A stretch of DNA of 64,000 nucleotides. It comes from an uncultured bacterium (GTDB lineage: Bacteria; Macinerneyibacteriota; Macinerneyibacteria; Macinerneyibacteriales; DSCS01). Positions 54,131 to 63,529 of this stretch are shown in pieces. A program made the position numbers and the translations under genes. The DNA lies in assembly GCA_964548195.1 (NCBI GenBank), contig CAZJQC010000008.1, positions 131 to 64,130 of the forward strand. Reading direction: 5' to 3'. Under the pieces are notes generated by a model. It worked only from the letters and a program-made list of their open reading frames with translations, searched no databases and was not told the DNA's origin. Within the stretch, counting starts at the first letter, position 1; each line of letters begins with the position of its first letter.

Positions 54131-55444
54131 TCATACATCGGCCTTTTCGTCATCCTTTGCCTTATCGGCCTTTTCGTCATCTTTTACCTTATCGGCTTTT
54201 GACGCATCTTTTTCATTGTCTGCTTTTTCTATGACTTTGTCAAGAACCTCTTTTTCCCAGATATCATAGGCCATTTTATCCAGCATGCCGTTATCCCGGA
54301 GCATCTTGGAGGTCTCGTCCATGTTCCTTCCCGTATATACGGAGAACCTTGCGATCTCTTCCTGAAGCTTGCCGGAGATATCTATGTCATGTCCGTCCGA
54401 GACCGTTTGAAGGATAAAGTATCCGCGCACCGATTCCTCGGCCTTTTTCTTCAATTCCTTTTCATCGGTCTTTCCGTCATCGTTCTTTTTAAGGTTTTCA
54501 ATCTCATCATCGACCATCTTGCCGGGCAGCTCAAAACCCTTGTTCTTCTTCACAAGCTGCTCGAACACCTTTACCCGGAGTTCGTTTTTGGCGGTCTCCG
54601 TCCTGGAGTCATTGAGGTTCTGCTCCACTTTTTCCTTCAGCTCCGCGGCTGTTTCCAGACCTGCCAGCTCTTTTGCCAGCGTGTCCGTAAGCCTCGGGTA
54701 TTTCTTTTCAACGATACTGTTGACTTTGACGTCGAATACCGCTTTTGCTCCGGCGAGGTTTTCCGCATGATAGTCTTCCGGGAAGACCGTATCGACGGTC
54801 TTTGTCTCACCGGCCTTCATGCCGAGAAGCGCTTCGTCCAGGTCTGATATGAAGTTGCCAACGCCGGTCTGCAGCAGATAATTCTCGGCTGTTCCGCCCT
54901 CTATGGGCGAACCGTCTTCAAGGCGTCCTGAAAAATCGAGGTATATATAATCCTCTTTTTCAACCGTCTTTTCGGCGTCGCTCAGGGGTTCATACGTGAC
55001 CTTGCTTTCAAGTATGCGCTTTATTTCCTCATCGATTTCCTTTTTTGTCACTTTCTTTACCTTCAAGTCGGTCTTTATGCCCTGATAATCCAATTCGCCC
55101 ATCTCAGGATGCACATAGACCTCAAACTGCATGGAAAGGCCTTTATCCGTGTTCATCTCTTTGACCACCGGATCGGTGACCGCGGTGATACCCTCTTTTT
55201 TATAGACTTCCTCGATCATCTTGGGCATAAGGTCGTTTGCGACCTCGTCCTTGATACCCTCACCGTAAGTCTTCTCTATCATGCTCAGAGGGGCCTTGCC
55301 TTTTCTGAAACCCTTTATCTGTATATTGTTCACATAATAGCTGAGTTTGTTCTCATATTTTTTCTTAAATTCCTTCTCGGAAAGCACTGCCTCAAACGAG
55401 TAGCCAAGTCTTCCCAAACTCTCTTTTTTTATGCTCAGATCCAT
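54131..55444 (-). CDS. tig: Trigger factor
   Basis: The N-terminus contains GFRKGKAP. The PPIase core is present. The C-terminal tail is acidic and repetitive. Confidence 0.93.
   Translation of the reverse strand: MDLSIKKESLGRLGYSFEAVLSEKEFKKKYENKLSYYVNNIQIKGFRKGKAPLSMIEKTYGEGIKDEVANDLMPKMIEEVYKKEGITAVTDPVVKEMNTDKGLSMQFEVYVHPEMGELDYQGIKTDLKVKKVTKKEIDEEIKRILESKVTYEPLSDAEKTVEKEDYIYLDFSGRLEDGSPIEGGTAENYLLQTGVGNFISDLDEALLGMKAGETKTVDTVFPEDYHAENLAGAKAVFDVKVNSIVEKKYPRLTDTLAKELAGLETAAELKEKVEQNLNDSRTETAKNELRVKVFEQLVKKNKGFELPGKMVDDEIENLKKNDDGKTDEKELKKKAEESVRGYFILQTVSDGHDIDISGKLQEEIARFSVYTGRNMDETSKMLRDNGMLDKMAYDIWEKEVLDKVIEKADNEKDASKADKVKDDEKADKAKDDEKADV
54137..54217 (-). repeat. Three tandem imperfect 27-nt repeats encoding the 9-aa-periodic acidic C-terminal tail of trigger factor
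   Basis: The three copies are ATCGGCCTTTTCGTCATCCTTTGCCTT, ATCGGCCTTTTCGTCATCTTTTACCTT and ATCGGCTTTTGACGCATCTTTTTCATT. Confidence 0.6.
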
Positions 55445-55494
55445 AATAAATCCCCCTTTTTCATCATTTTCAACATTATTTTCAGGTTCAAAAA

Positions 55495-55577
<83 letters not shown>

Positions 55578-55644
55578 CCTGGGGTATGATACTTATCTTT
55601 GATTTACGTGTCAAGGTAAAAGGGAAAAGCGTCCGGCCGGCGGT

Positions 55645-56613
55645 TCAGCGTCTGTTTTTCATGAGCTTTACAAGGAAAAAAGGCACCCCGACCATGGACG
55701 TGACGATGCCCACGGGCATCTCCGCCGGATACAGCATGGTCCTTGCCGCCGTGTCCGCAAAAGCCAGAAAGACACCTCCGGCCAGAGCCGAATACAGGGT
55801 CAGCCTGGCATGGTTGCCCCCGAACATGATCTTCACCATGTGCGGGACGATCAGACCCACAAAACCTACAGGCCCGGAATAGGAGACCGCGCCCGCTATA
55901 AGCAGGGACGCTACCACAAAGAGAAACATCCTGGCGCCCGGGCCGTGTATGCCCTTGGCGGCTGAAAAATCGTCTCCCATCCTCAATATGTCCATATGTC
56001 TTGAAAAAAGCACTGAAAAAGCCACGATCAGTATAAATACCGGCAGCAGCGACAACAGCTCCGAAAATCCGTACGTCTCTATGTTTCCCATCATCCATCT
56101 CACGGCATACCCCAGGTCATTGGGGTTAAACAGGTATTGGAGAAAGAGTATCATCGCACTGAACAAAAAGTTTATGGACACTCCCGCGAGCAGCAGCGTA
56201 TTAAGGTCCCGGCCGCCCCCCGCCCGGGATACCGCGGCGACAAGAAGCACCGACAGCACCGCGCCTGAAAAAGAAAATAGCAGCTTAAGATGGGGAAACT
56301 GCCAGATCAGGCCCAGCTGCACCGCGAGAAGCGTGCCGAACGACGCTCCCGAGGCTATGCCCAGCGTGAAAGGCGATGCAAGGTCGTTTTTGAACACGGA
56401 CTGAAAGATAAGGCCGCCCACGGAAAGTATCGCACCCGTCACAAAAGCGAAAAGCGTCCTCGGAAGGCGAAGGTTCATGAATATGTCATGTTCCGCAGTG
56501 CCGCTGTCAAGTATCGCGCTCAATGAAAGCCGCTCTCCGCCTATAAGAGATAGTATCAGCATAAAAAGAGCCGCGGAGCACATAAACATAAGAAAAGACC
56601 TTGTTTTTTTCAT
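55645..56613 (-). CDS. FecCD-family ABC permease (iron-siderophore/cobalamin type)
   Basis: The protein has a polytopic FecCD/BtuC-like pattern (GAILSVGGLIFQ..., LLAGVSINF). Confidence 0.9.
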   Translation of the reverse strand: MKKTRSFLMFMCSAALFMLILSLIGGERLSLSAILDSGTAEHDIFMNLRLPRTLFAFVTGAILSVGGLIFQSVFKNDLASPFTLGIASGASFGTLLAVQLGLIWQFPHLKLLFSFSGAVLSVLLVAAVSRAGGGRDLNTLLLAGVSINFLFSAMILFLQYLFNPNDLGYAVRWMMGNIETYGFSELLSLLPVFILIVAFSVLFSRHMDILRMGDDFSAAKGIHGPGARMFLFVVASLLIAGAVSYSGPVGFVGLIVPHMVKIMFGGNHARLTLYSALAGGVFLAFADTAARTMLYPAEMPVGIVTSMVGVPFFLVKLMKNRR

Positions 56614-57389
56614 TTATGCCTCCTCCTGCCGGGATGTATTATATAACTGCCCTCATACTCTATTATTTTCACATCAGAGCCGAAAAGCCTTCCCGCCATG
56701 CCCTCTCTGACAAAGGCCTCCGGTTTGCCGTCAAAGGCCACTCGCCCCTCCTTGAGTCCTATTATCCTCGAAGAGAAGTTTAGCGCATAATCCACAAAAT
56801 GTGTCACCAGTACAAGAGCCTTGCCGGTATTGTCCCTTATACCGCCGAGTATTTCGAACGTCTCGCTGCGATGGTTTGGGTCAAGGAACGCGGTGGGTTC
56901 GTCAAGGAGTATCACCTCTGTCTCCTGAGCGAGGGAAGAAGCGATCATCACCCGCTGTATCTCGCCGCCGCTCAACGTCCCGAGTTTTCTTTCGGCCAGA
57001 GAGGCGCAATCAAGCTGGACAAGCGCCGCCATCACTATATCACGGTCGTTCTGATCATAAGGTTCCAAAAAGTCTTTGTAGGGGAAGCGCGAAAAAAGCA
57101 GGAGGTCCATGACTTTTATCTCAGGCATGCCGGAGCGCATCTGCGGCAGATACCCGGCGATCTTTGCAATGCTGCGCCGGGACATGGCGGAGATATTTTT
57201 CCCGTCAAGCTTCAGTAGAGTGCTGCTTGAAGGCACTATGCTCATGACAGCCTTCAGCAATGTGGTCTTGCCGGACCCGTTGGGGCCGACTATCGAGACA
57301 AACTCGCCGCGCGAGACGTGTATATTGATATCTTGCAGTATGTTGTTGCCGTTCAGGACTACGGAGAGCCCTTTGACTTCAATCAGCAT
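56610..57389 (-). CDS. ABC transporter ATP-binding protein (FecE/BtuD-like)
   Basis: The Walker A motif is GPNGSGKTT. The ABC signature is LSGGEIQR. The Walker B motif is ILLDEPT. Confidence 0.9.
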   Translation of the reverse strand: MLIEVKGLSVVLNGNNILQDINIHVSRGEFVSIVGPNGSGKTTLLKAVMSIVPSSSTLLKLDGKNISAMSRRSIAKIAGYLPQMRSGMPEIKVMDLLLFSRFPYKDFLEPYDQNDRDIVMAALVQLDCASLAERKLGTLSGGEIQRVMIASSLAQETEVILLDEPTAFLDPNHRSETFEILGGIRDNTGKALVLVTHFVDYALNFSSRIIGLKEGRVAFDGKPEAFVREGMAGRLFGSDVKIIEYEGSYIIHPGRRRHK

Positions 57390-58206
57390 CGATGATCTCT
57401 TTCAGCGTTTCCGCCAGGCCTGCTGCTGCGGTGGACGGTTCCACCCTTGTCCCCGGCGGCACTGTCTTAACTTTCCCGTCCCTTACCGCCCTCAAAGAGG
57501 AAGCCCTCTTCCAATCCGAAAGAAGACGGTCCGCGCCGTAGGACCTCACCAGATCCGGCAATATTTCTATGATCAGGTCGGGATCCAGCGAAAAGAGGCT
57601 CTCATAACCCATGCGCGGGTATGCCAGAGGGCCGTCATAGGCGTTTTCGCACCCCAGCAGCCGCAATATTTCCCAGAGGAAATCACCCCTGCCCAGTATA
57701 TACATATTCTTAAGGGATCCGGGTTCCCTTCCGACCACTACAATCACCCTTTTTTTTGTCGCGGCTTCATCCGCCCTGAGGTTCTCCAGCCTTTCTTTCA
57801 TGGAATCTATCACTTTTTCAGCGTCATCTTTTTTGTTGAAATAATCACCCATGTCGCGCAATGACAGATAGACATCCTCCAGCGTATAATGGGGAAAGAC
57901 TTTATAGGGTATGCCGGCCATGGAGAGGAACTTTATCGCATCCGAATCCTCGCGGTACAAAAAGACCATGGCGGGATCAAGGCTGACAATGCGTTCCCTG
58001 GAGGGCGAAAGCGCGGAACCGACGGTCACTGCGGCGCTGCCTTCCGGCATGACGCAATAATCGGTGACCCCGACAAGGGTGTCTGCCTCTCCAAGAGCGA
58101 TGACCATATCCGTAAGCCCCGGAGCCAGCGTCACCACACCCGACCCGCCGGGGGCGACGCCGAAGCAGGATAATGCGAGCAAAAGCGATATGACCAGCTT
58201 AGCCAT
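57379..58206 (-). CDS. Periplasmic substrate-binding protein (class III, BtuF/FhuD-like), lipoprotein
   Basis: The signal plus lipobox is LLALSC. A TroA-like pattern follows. Confidence 0.75.
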   Translation of the reverse strand: MAKLVISLLLALSCFGVAPGGSGVVTLAPGLTDMVIALGEADTLVGVTDYCVMPEGSAAVTVGSALSPSRERIVSLDPAMVFLYREDSDAIKFLSMAGIPYKVFPHYTLEDVYLSLRDMGDYFNKKDDAEKVIDSMKERLENLRADEAATKKRVIVVVGREPGSLKNMYILGRGDFLWEILRLLGCENAYDGPLAYPRMGYESLFSLDPDLIIEILPDLVRSYGADRLLSDWKRASSLRAVRDGKVKTVPPGTRVEPSTAAAGLAETLKEIIDAD

Positions 58207-59512
58207 TCAAAGCCCCGTATATCCCGCCGGACAGTCTGCGTATGTTTTCATACACCTCTCCCGCGTCCATGGTCAGGTATTCGCCGTTCCTGTATACAAG
58301 GCGTCCCGACACATACACTTTCCGCACATCTGCCCCGTTCGCCGAATATACAAGGTGTGAGACAGGATCGTACATGGGTGTCATGTTCGGGGAAGTGGTG
58401 TCCACGACTATAAAATCAGCATATTTTCCGATCTCAAGGCTGCCGGTAATATCATCCATCGACAATGCCCTGGCGCCGTTTATGGTGGCCATCTCCAGCA
58501 CATCGTATGCGCCGCAGGCCTCGGGATCAAGGGAGGCTCCCTTGTGTATGAGCGCGGCCATGCGCATCTCCCTGAACATGTCGAGATTGTTGTTGCTTGC
58601 CGCGCCGTCGGTGCCCAGGGAAACATTGACTCCGTTTTTCAGCATATCAGCCACCGGCGCTGTTCCGCTTGCAAGCTTCAGGTTGCTTGACGGGTTATGG
58701 GCAACGTTTACGCCGCATTCCGCCAAAATATTGATATCCTCCGCATCGGTCCAGACACAATGGGCCGCAAGCGTGGAAGCATCAAGTATGTCGAGCCTCT
58801 GTAAAAATTTTACGGGTGATTCGCCGGACAACGATGCCGCTATGGAATCGCGTTCTCCCTTTGTCTCCGCGACATGTATGTGATGGACGGTCTTCAACTT
58901 GTCCGCCAGTTTTTTCGTCTTCAGAAGCAGGTCGGGAGAACATGTGTACGGCGAATGGGCGCATACTGAAATACGCACATTATCGTTTCCCTTCCATTTG
59001 GCTGCAAGATCCGACAACCGTCTCATCTCCTCTTCCGGGGTGGCGGCATCGGGTGTGGGGAAATCTATAACGCCCTCTCCCAGAAGGGCCCGCATGCCCG
59101 CGCCGTTTACGGCTTCGGCCGCAGCGTCTTCGAAAAAGTACATGTCCGAAAAACAGGTGGTACCGGAGGCTATCATCTCCATCATGGCCAGCCGGACCCC
59201 CCATTTTACAAAATCCGCGTTCACCATCTTCTTTTCCATGGGCCAAATATATTTTTCAAGCCAGGCTTTAAGAGGCAGATCGTCGGCCAGTCCCCTGAAC
59301 AGTACCATCGGCGCATGCGTATGGGTATTGATCATGCCGGGCATTATGATATCGCCGCACATATCCTGACAGCTTTCGTCGGGATACATCTCCTTCATGT
59401 CGGCCGCGCCACCGAGATCGGCTATCTTACCGTTTTTGACAAGCATCGCCCCGTCCGAGAATATGTTCTTTTCCTGGTCCATTGTGATCAGAATAGCGTT
59501 TGTATAAAGCAT
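58199..59512 (-). CDS. Amidohydrolase of the MtaD/SAH-MTA deaminase-chlorohydrolase group
   Basis: The metal-binding motif is INTHTHAPM, an HxH pattern. Downstream His and Asp ligands are present (HHIHVAET, LGTDGAA). I trimmed the start to MLYTNAIL. Confidence 0.75.
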   Translation of the reverse strand: MLYTNAILITMDQEKNIFSDGAMLVKNGKIADLGGAADMKEMYPDESCQDMCGDIIMPGMINTHTHAPMVLFRGLADDLPLKAWLEKYIWPMEKKMVNADFVKWGVRLAMMEMIASGTTCFSDMYFFEDAAAEAVNGAGMRALLGEGVIDFPTPDAATPEEEMRRLSDLAAKWKGNDNVRISVCAHSPYTCSPDLLLKTKKLADKLKTVHHIHVAETKGERDSIAASLSGESPVKFLQRLDILDASTLAAHCVWTDAEDINILAECGVNVAHNPSSNLKLASGTAPVADMLKNGVNVSLGTDGAASNNNLDMFREMRMAALIHKGASLDPEACGAYDVLEMATINGARALSMDDITGSLEIGKYADFIVVDTTSPNMTPMYDPVSHLVYSANGADVRKVYVSGRLVYRNGEYLTMDAGEVYENIRRLSGGIYGALNG

Positions 59513-59549
59513 AATGCCCCTTCCAAGGGCCGTACGGCCCGGTCCGCGG

Positions 59550-61211
59550 TCAAAGAACCTGACCGAATTTCTTAACCAGTTCCAGGAGATAGGGAAGCAG
59601 CTGTTTTTTCCTGGACAGTATATTGCTGAGAAAAAACACATCCTTTTCATGCAGGGGATATTCTATCGATGAGAGAAACTCCCCGTTTCCGCGCACAAGC
59701 AGATAGCTGTCAAGTTTTGTGATGTCAGTGACCATCAGGGATGAAAAATACGCGTTTTTCCCGCTCCTGAAGGCATCCAGCCCCTTAAGCAGCTCCTCTT
59801 TGCGGTCCAGCATATCAGAGGTGGACAATACTTCTATCTGACTTACTGTAAAAAGATGCCTCCCCGACCTGTATTCCTTTACATCCATTTCAACTATCTC
59901 GGCGGGAGTCTTGCCCGCGAGATCGGAAGAGACCGACATGATCTCATGTCCGAAAGCCTCAATATCAAGCTCCGCCACGGTGGAAAGATAATGGCACATA
60001 TCCCTGTCCTCCTCCGTTGTCGTGGCGGATCTCAGCATCAGCGTGTCCGAGACGATCCCGGCCATAAGCAGGGCCGCGGTGGTCTTTGTCAGAAGCGCTT
60101 TTTTTTCGCGGAACATCCCCGCTATGATAGTCGAAGTCGATCCCACCGGCCGGTTTATAAACGTCACCGGACTGTCTGTGTGCAGGTTGCCCAGGCGGTG
60201 ATGGTCTATGATCTCGGTCACATTAAAATGCTCGATGCCGTCGACTGCCTGTGACGATTCATTATGGTCGACCATTATGATATCATGCGACGGCGATCTC
60301 ATAAGGTCGCCCTGTGAGATCACACCCACAAGCTTTTTCCCGCCGTCCACTACGGGAAGGCATCTGGATATGCTCTTATTGAGCCGGTCTCTTATCATAT
60401 ACACATAATCTTCGGGAGAGACGGGGGCTATTGAATAATCGCCGGTTTTGCTCACAGGGGTTGAATACACGGCAAGCCAGGATGTCATCGAAGTCCCGAA
60501 TGGGGAAACAAGTATGGAAACGCCGTTTTTCTCCGCTTTTTCCCTTAGCGCATTGTCAACGTCTTTGCCGCCGGTTACGATAAGGACGCGGACGCCATGT
60601 TCCACGGCCCTGTTCTGTATATCCTTTCTGTCGCCGACTATGACGACGGAACAATCCGACGGTACGGATTCAAGATATTCGCTGAAAGTATGCTCTTCCA
60701 TCGCGGCCACAAGCATGCGCGAATCAAAGAGGTCATCCCCTTCTCTGACGCATACGGGCCGGGCGTTCATGACCGACATAAGATGGCTTATGGTCGTGGG
60801 AATGCTCCGGTTTTGGCCGGGCGATATTCTTTTTATCATCTTTTGTGCGAAGACATTGTAATGGAGCACTGCCGTATAGTGTTTCCCGGAATCCGTTATG
60901 GGGAGCATCTTAAATCCGCGCTCGTCCAGGGTCATCAGCGCCTTCCACAGCGACTCGTCCTCATTAAGCGAACAGGGGTCTTCCGTCATATAATGCTTTA
61001 CTTTTGGCGTGAGGTCGTTCAGCAGCAGAGGGTGGTCGATCCCGAAACGGTCGAGTATATATGCGGTCTGGGGGTTTAATTTGCCGGCTCTGGCCGGTAT
61101 AAAAAGGCCGTCCCCCAGCCGCGTCCTCAATTCAGCGTAAGCCAGGGCTGAGACCACCGAATCGGTGTCCGGATTTTTATGCCCTATTACATAGGCCGCT
61201 CTTTCCGACAA
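59550..61211 (-). CDS. CBS-domain-containing family II (DHH-DHHA2) inorganic pyrophosphatase
   Basis: The N-terminus is VIGHKNPDTDSV. The DHH-type motif is MVDHNE. A CBS pair and a DRTGG insertion are present. The length is 553 aa. Confidence 0.8.
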   Translation of the reverse strand: MSERAAYVIGHKNPDTDSVVSALAYAELRTRLGDGLFIPARAGKLNPQTAYILDRFGIDHPLLLNDLTPKVKHYMTEDPCSLNEDESLWKALMTLDERGFKMLPITDSGKHYTAVLHYNVFAQKMIKRISPGQNRSIPTTISHLMSVMNARPVCVREGDDLFDSRMLVAAMEEHTFSEYLESVPSDCSVVIVGDRKDIQNRAVEHGVRVLIVTGGKDVDNALREKAEKNGVSILVSPFGTSMTSWLAVYSTPVSKTGDYSIAPVSPEDYVYMIRDRLNKSISRCLPVVDGGKKLVGVISQGDLMRSPSHDIIMVDHNESSQAVDGIEHFNVTEIIDHHRLGNLHTDSPVTFINRPVGSTSTIIAGMFREKKALLTKTTAALLMAGIVSDTLMLRSATTTEEDRDMCHYLSTVAELDIEAFGHEIMSVSSDLAGKTPAEIVEMDVKEYRSGRHLFTVSQIEVLSTSDMLDRKEELLKGLDAFRSGKNAYFSSLMVTDITKLDSYLLVRGNGEFLSSIEYPLHEKDVFFLSNILSRKKQLLPYLLELVKKFGQVL

Positions 61212-61215
61212 AGCC

Positions 61216-62448
61216 TCATCCCTTCATTATGATCCTGAAAAATTTTTTCTTTCCCACCTTCAGCACAAATTCCCCGTTGGCGTCAAAATCATCGGCGGTC
61301 ATCATGCGGTTGAAATCATCCGTCCTGACTCCGTTCACTGCGACGCCGCCCTGCTTGATAAGGCGCTTCGCCTCGCCTTTGGAGGCACAGATACCACAGA
61401 ATGCCATGAGGGCGCTTAATTCGCCGTTTTCGGCCAAAGAGGACGGTGTGACTTCGCATGCCGGTATGGCGTCAGTCTGCCCGCCGCCGGAGAACATCGA
61501 ACGCGCAGCCTCCAGCGCCTTGGCGGCTTCATCTGCGCCGTGTGTGATCTTTGTGGCTTCAAAGGCAAGTATTTCCTTGGCCTCGTTCAGTTTGGAGTCT
61601 TTCCACCCCGACATCTCAGCTATCTGCTCCATTGGCAAAAAGGTGAATAACTTCAACAGTTTGACCACGGAGGCGTCCTCCGTGTTGCGCCAATACTGAA
61701 AATATTCATACGGAGAAAGCTTATCGGCGTCGATCCACACGGCTCCGTTTTCGGTCTTGCCCATTTTTTTGCCGTCCGAATTGGTGAGCAGCGGGTAGGT
61801 AAACGCATGCGCCTCCTTGCCCTCCACGCGCCGGATAAGGTCTTCGCCGGCCAGTATGTTGCCCCACTGGTCGTTGCCGCCCATCTGCAGCATGCACCCT
61901 TCGTTCTTGAACAGTGTAAGGAAATCATAGGCCTGCAGTATCTGATAATTGAACTCTATGAAGGAAAGGCCTCTTTCCATACGCTGTTTATAAGCTTCAG
62001 CGGCGATCATCCTGTTTACGCTGAAATGGCGGCCGATATTCCGCAAAAAATCGATGTAATTAAGGCCCGACAGCCACTCGGCATTGTTCAACACCCTGGT
62101 CGACCCGCCATCTATGTCAAGATATCTGCCGATCTGCCTTTTCATGGAAACGACATTATATTCGATGGTCTCTTTTGATATCATGCGGCGCATCTCGGTC
62201 TTTCCGCTGGGATCGCCTATCATCGCCGTGCCGCCGCCAAGCAGCACGATAGGACGGTGCCCCGCTTTTTCAAGATGCATCAGGGCCATGACAGGCAGCA
62301 GATGGCCGACATGCAATGAATCGCCGGTTGGGTCAAAACCGGTATAGCATACCCTTGGGCTTTCAAGCATGCCGATGACACTTTTTTCATCGGTCACATT
62401 CTCAATAAAACCGCGTTCCTTTAATGTAAAATAGACATTGTTCATCAT
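61216..62448 (-). CDS. tyrS: Tyrosine--tRNA ligase
   Basis: The HIGH motif is SLHVGHL. The KMSKS motif is KMGKT. A C-terminal S4 domain is present. The length is 410 aa. Confidence 0.97.
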   Translation of the reverse strand: MMNNVYFTLKERGFIENVTDEKSVIGMLESPRVCYTGFDPTGDSLHVGHLLPVMALMHLEKAGHRPIVLLGGGTAMIGDPSGKTEMRRMISKETIEYNVVSMKRQIGRYLDIDGGSTRVLNNAEWLSGLNYIDFLRNIGRHFSVNRMIAAEAYKQRMERGLSFIEFNYQILQAYDFLTLFKNEGCMLQMGGNDQWGNILAGEDLIRRVEGKEAHAFTYPLLTNSDGKKMGKTENGAVWIDADKLSPYEYFQYWRNTEDASVVKLLKLFTFLPMEQIAEMSGWKDSKLNEAKEILAFEATKITHGADEAAKALEAARSMFSGGGQTDAIPACEVTPSSLAENGELSALMAFCGICASKGEAKRLIKQGGVAVNGVRTDDFNRMMTADDFDANGEFVLKVGKKKFFRIIMKG

Positions 62449-62513
62449 ATCACCTCATGGTTCTTTATGGGTCAATAATAAATATTACACGGTGAAAGTC
62501 AAGTATATTGAAA

Positions 62514-62534
62514 GGGGCCCTTTTTGGGGGCCCC
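62514..62534 (-). terminator. GC hairpin GGGGCCC-TTTTTGG-GGGCCCC, 7 nt downstream of the DUF3137 stop, with a weak U-tract on the minus strand
   Basis: This is a perfect 7-bp GC stem. It is followed on the minus strand by TTTCAATAT. A candidate tyrS promoter, TTGACT-16-TATTAT, follows it. Confidence 0.4.
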
Positions 62535-62540
62535 GTAATA

Positions 62541-63518
62541 CTACTTTTTACCCCATATGCGGGTATTGAGGTTAAAGTCCTCGACAATCCCCAGCACAAG
62601 CCGGAGGTACTCGAAATATTCAGTCATGACAGCCTTATCGAACACCGATTTGGCGTAATTCGGCTCAAAAAGATCCTTAAAAACAGGTATGGCCACATAC
62701 ATCTTGCTTGAAATAAAGGAGATGGATATGGACTGTCTGTGCTTTTTCCTGAAATCAAGTATTTTCTCCATCAGATCAGGCGTGATCACATACCGCGATT
62801 CGATCTGATCCTCGCCGTAAACGGCGAATTCCTTCTCGAATTCCGGGTTTTCAAGTTTCACGAGTTCGCCTCTGAACTTGTTCATCTTCTGAAAAGCGGA
62901 GCCGAGAAAGGAGCCAAAGAGTTTTTCGGCTTTATCCGGAAGCACCAGCGTGCGGGTGGCAAAGTCCTTGTTGAAATCGGCCACGAAGAAGATGCCCCTG
63001 AAGATGTCATGCCACTGCGTGTGGCGGTTTCCCTTGCTGTCCCTGGTCTCGGTCTTATACTGGGCCCTGACCTCGGAAAACTTCATGTCCGTCTTCCCCA
63101 CGGTGCCTGACACCATGTCCTCGCCGTGATATCTGTCGGGTTCCTTAAGGAAAAGGCCGCTATGGCGAAACTCGTGTTCGGATATCATTGCTTGAGGCAT
63201 ATAGGACAGGCCGGGCTGGATAAACTCAATGATCCTGGATATCACATCGCTTTTATACCTGGCCCTGAACTCCTTCATGGGCTTCTGCACCAGTATGATA
63301 AAAATAAGAGCCACCAGAAAGAGGGCCAGCGAAGGCCATAACAGCCATTTAAGGTGCATCACGAACTTCGCCGCGAGCACTATTCCGCCGCCCAGGAGAA
63401 AAACCGAGATCCAGTTAAGATAACCGGACTTTATGCTTTTCCGGAGTTCTTCAAGGTCGCCCAGCGAGCTGCTGAGGTTATTGTCAATAAAACCGATGAA
63501 TTCTTCCTTGCTTTTCAT
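62541..63518 (-). CDS. DUF3137-like membrane protein with two TM helices and a large soluble domain
   Basis: Two adjacent hydrophobic helices (WISVFLLGGGIVLAAKF, LLWPSLALFLVALIFIILV) are followed by a soluble domain. It is adjacent to LemA, a pairing seen in many genomes. Confidence 0.55.
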   Translation of the reverse strand: MKSKEEFIGFIDNNLSSSLGDLEELRKSIKSGYLNWISVFLLGGGIVLAAKFVMHLKWLLWPSLALFLVALIFIILVQKPMKEFRARYKSDVISRIIEFIQPGLSYMPQAMISEHEFRHSGLFLKEPDRYHGEDMVSGTVGKTDMKFSEVRAQYKTETRDSKGNRHTQWHDIFRGIFFVADFNKDFATRTLVLPDKAEKLFGSFLGSAFQKMNKFRGELVKLENPEFEKEFAVYGEDQIESRYVITPDLMEKILDFRKKHRQSISISFISSKMYVAIPVFKDLFEPNYAKSVFDKAVMTEYFEYLRLVLGIVEDFNLNTRIWGKK

Positions 63519-63529
63519 TCATCCCCCCT

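Noticed and set aside
54094-54180. N-terminal extension of clpP with duplicated [14 protein letters not shown]
   Set aside because: This is an artefact of reading the tig 27-nt tandem repeats in a different frame. Canonical ClpP starts at [11 protein letters not shown].
57379-58206. Cobalamin riboswitch or Fur box ahead of the BtuFCD-like importer
   Set aside because: The upstream gene overlaps the SBP start by 8 nt, so there is no leader region to scan. No B12-box-like sequence was seen nearby.
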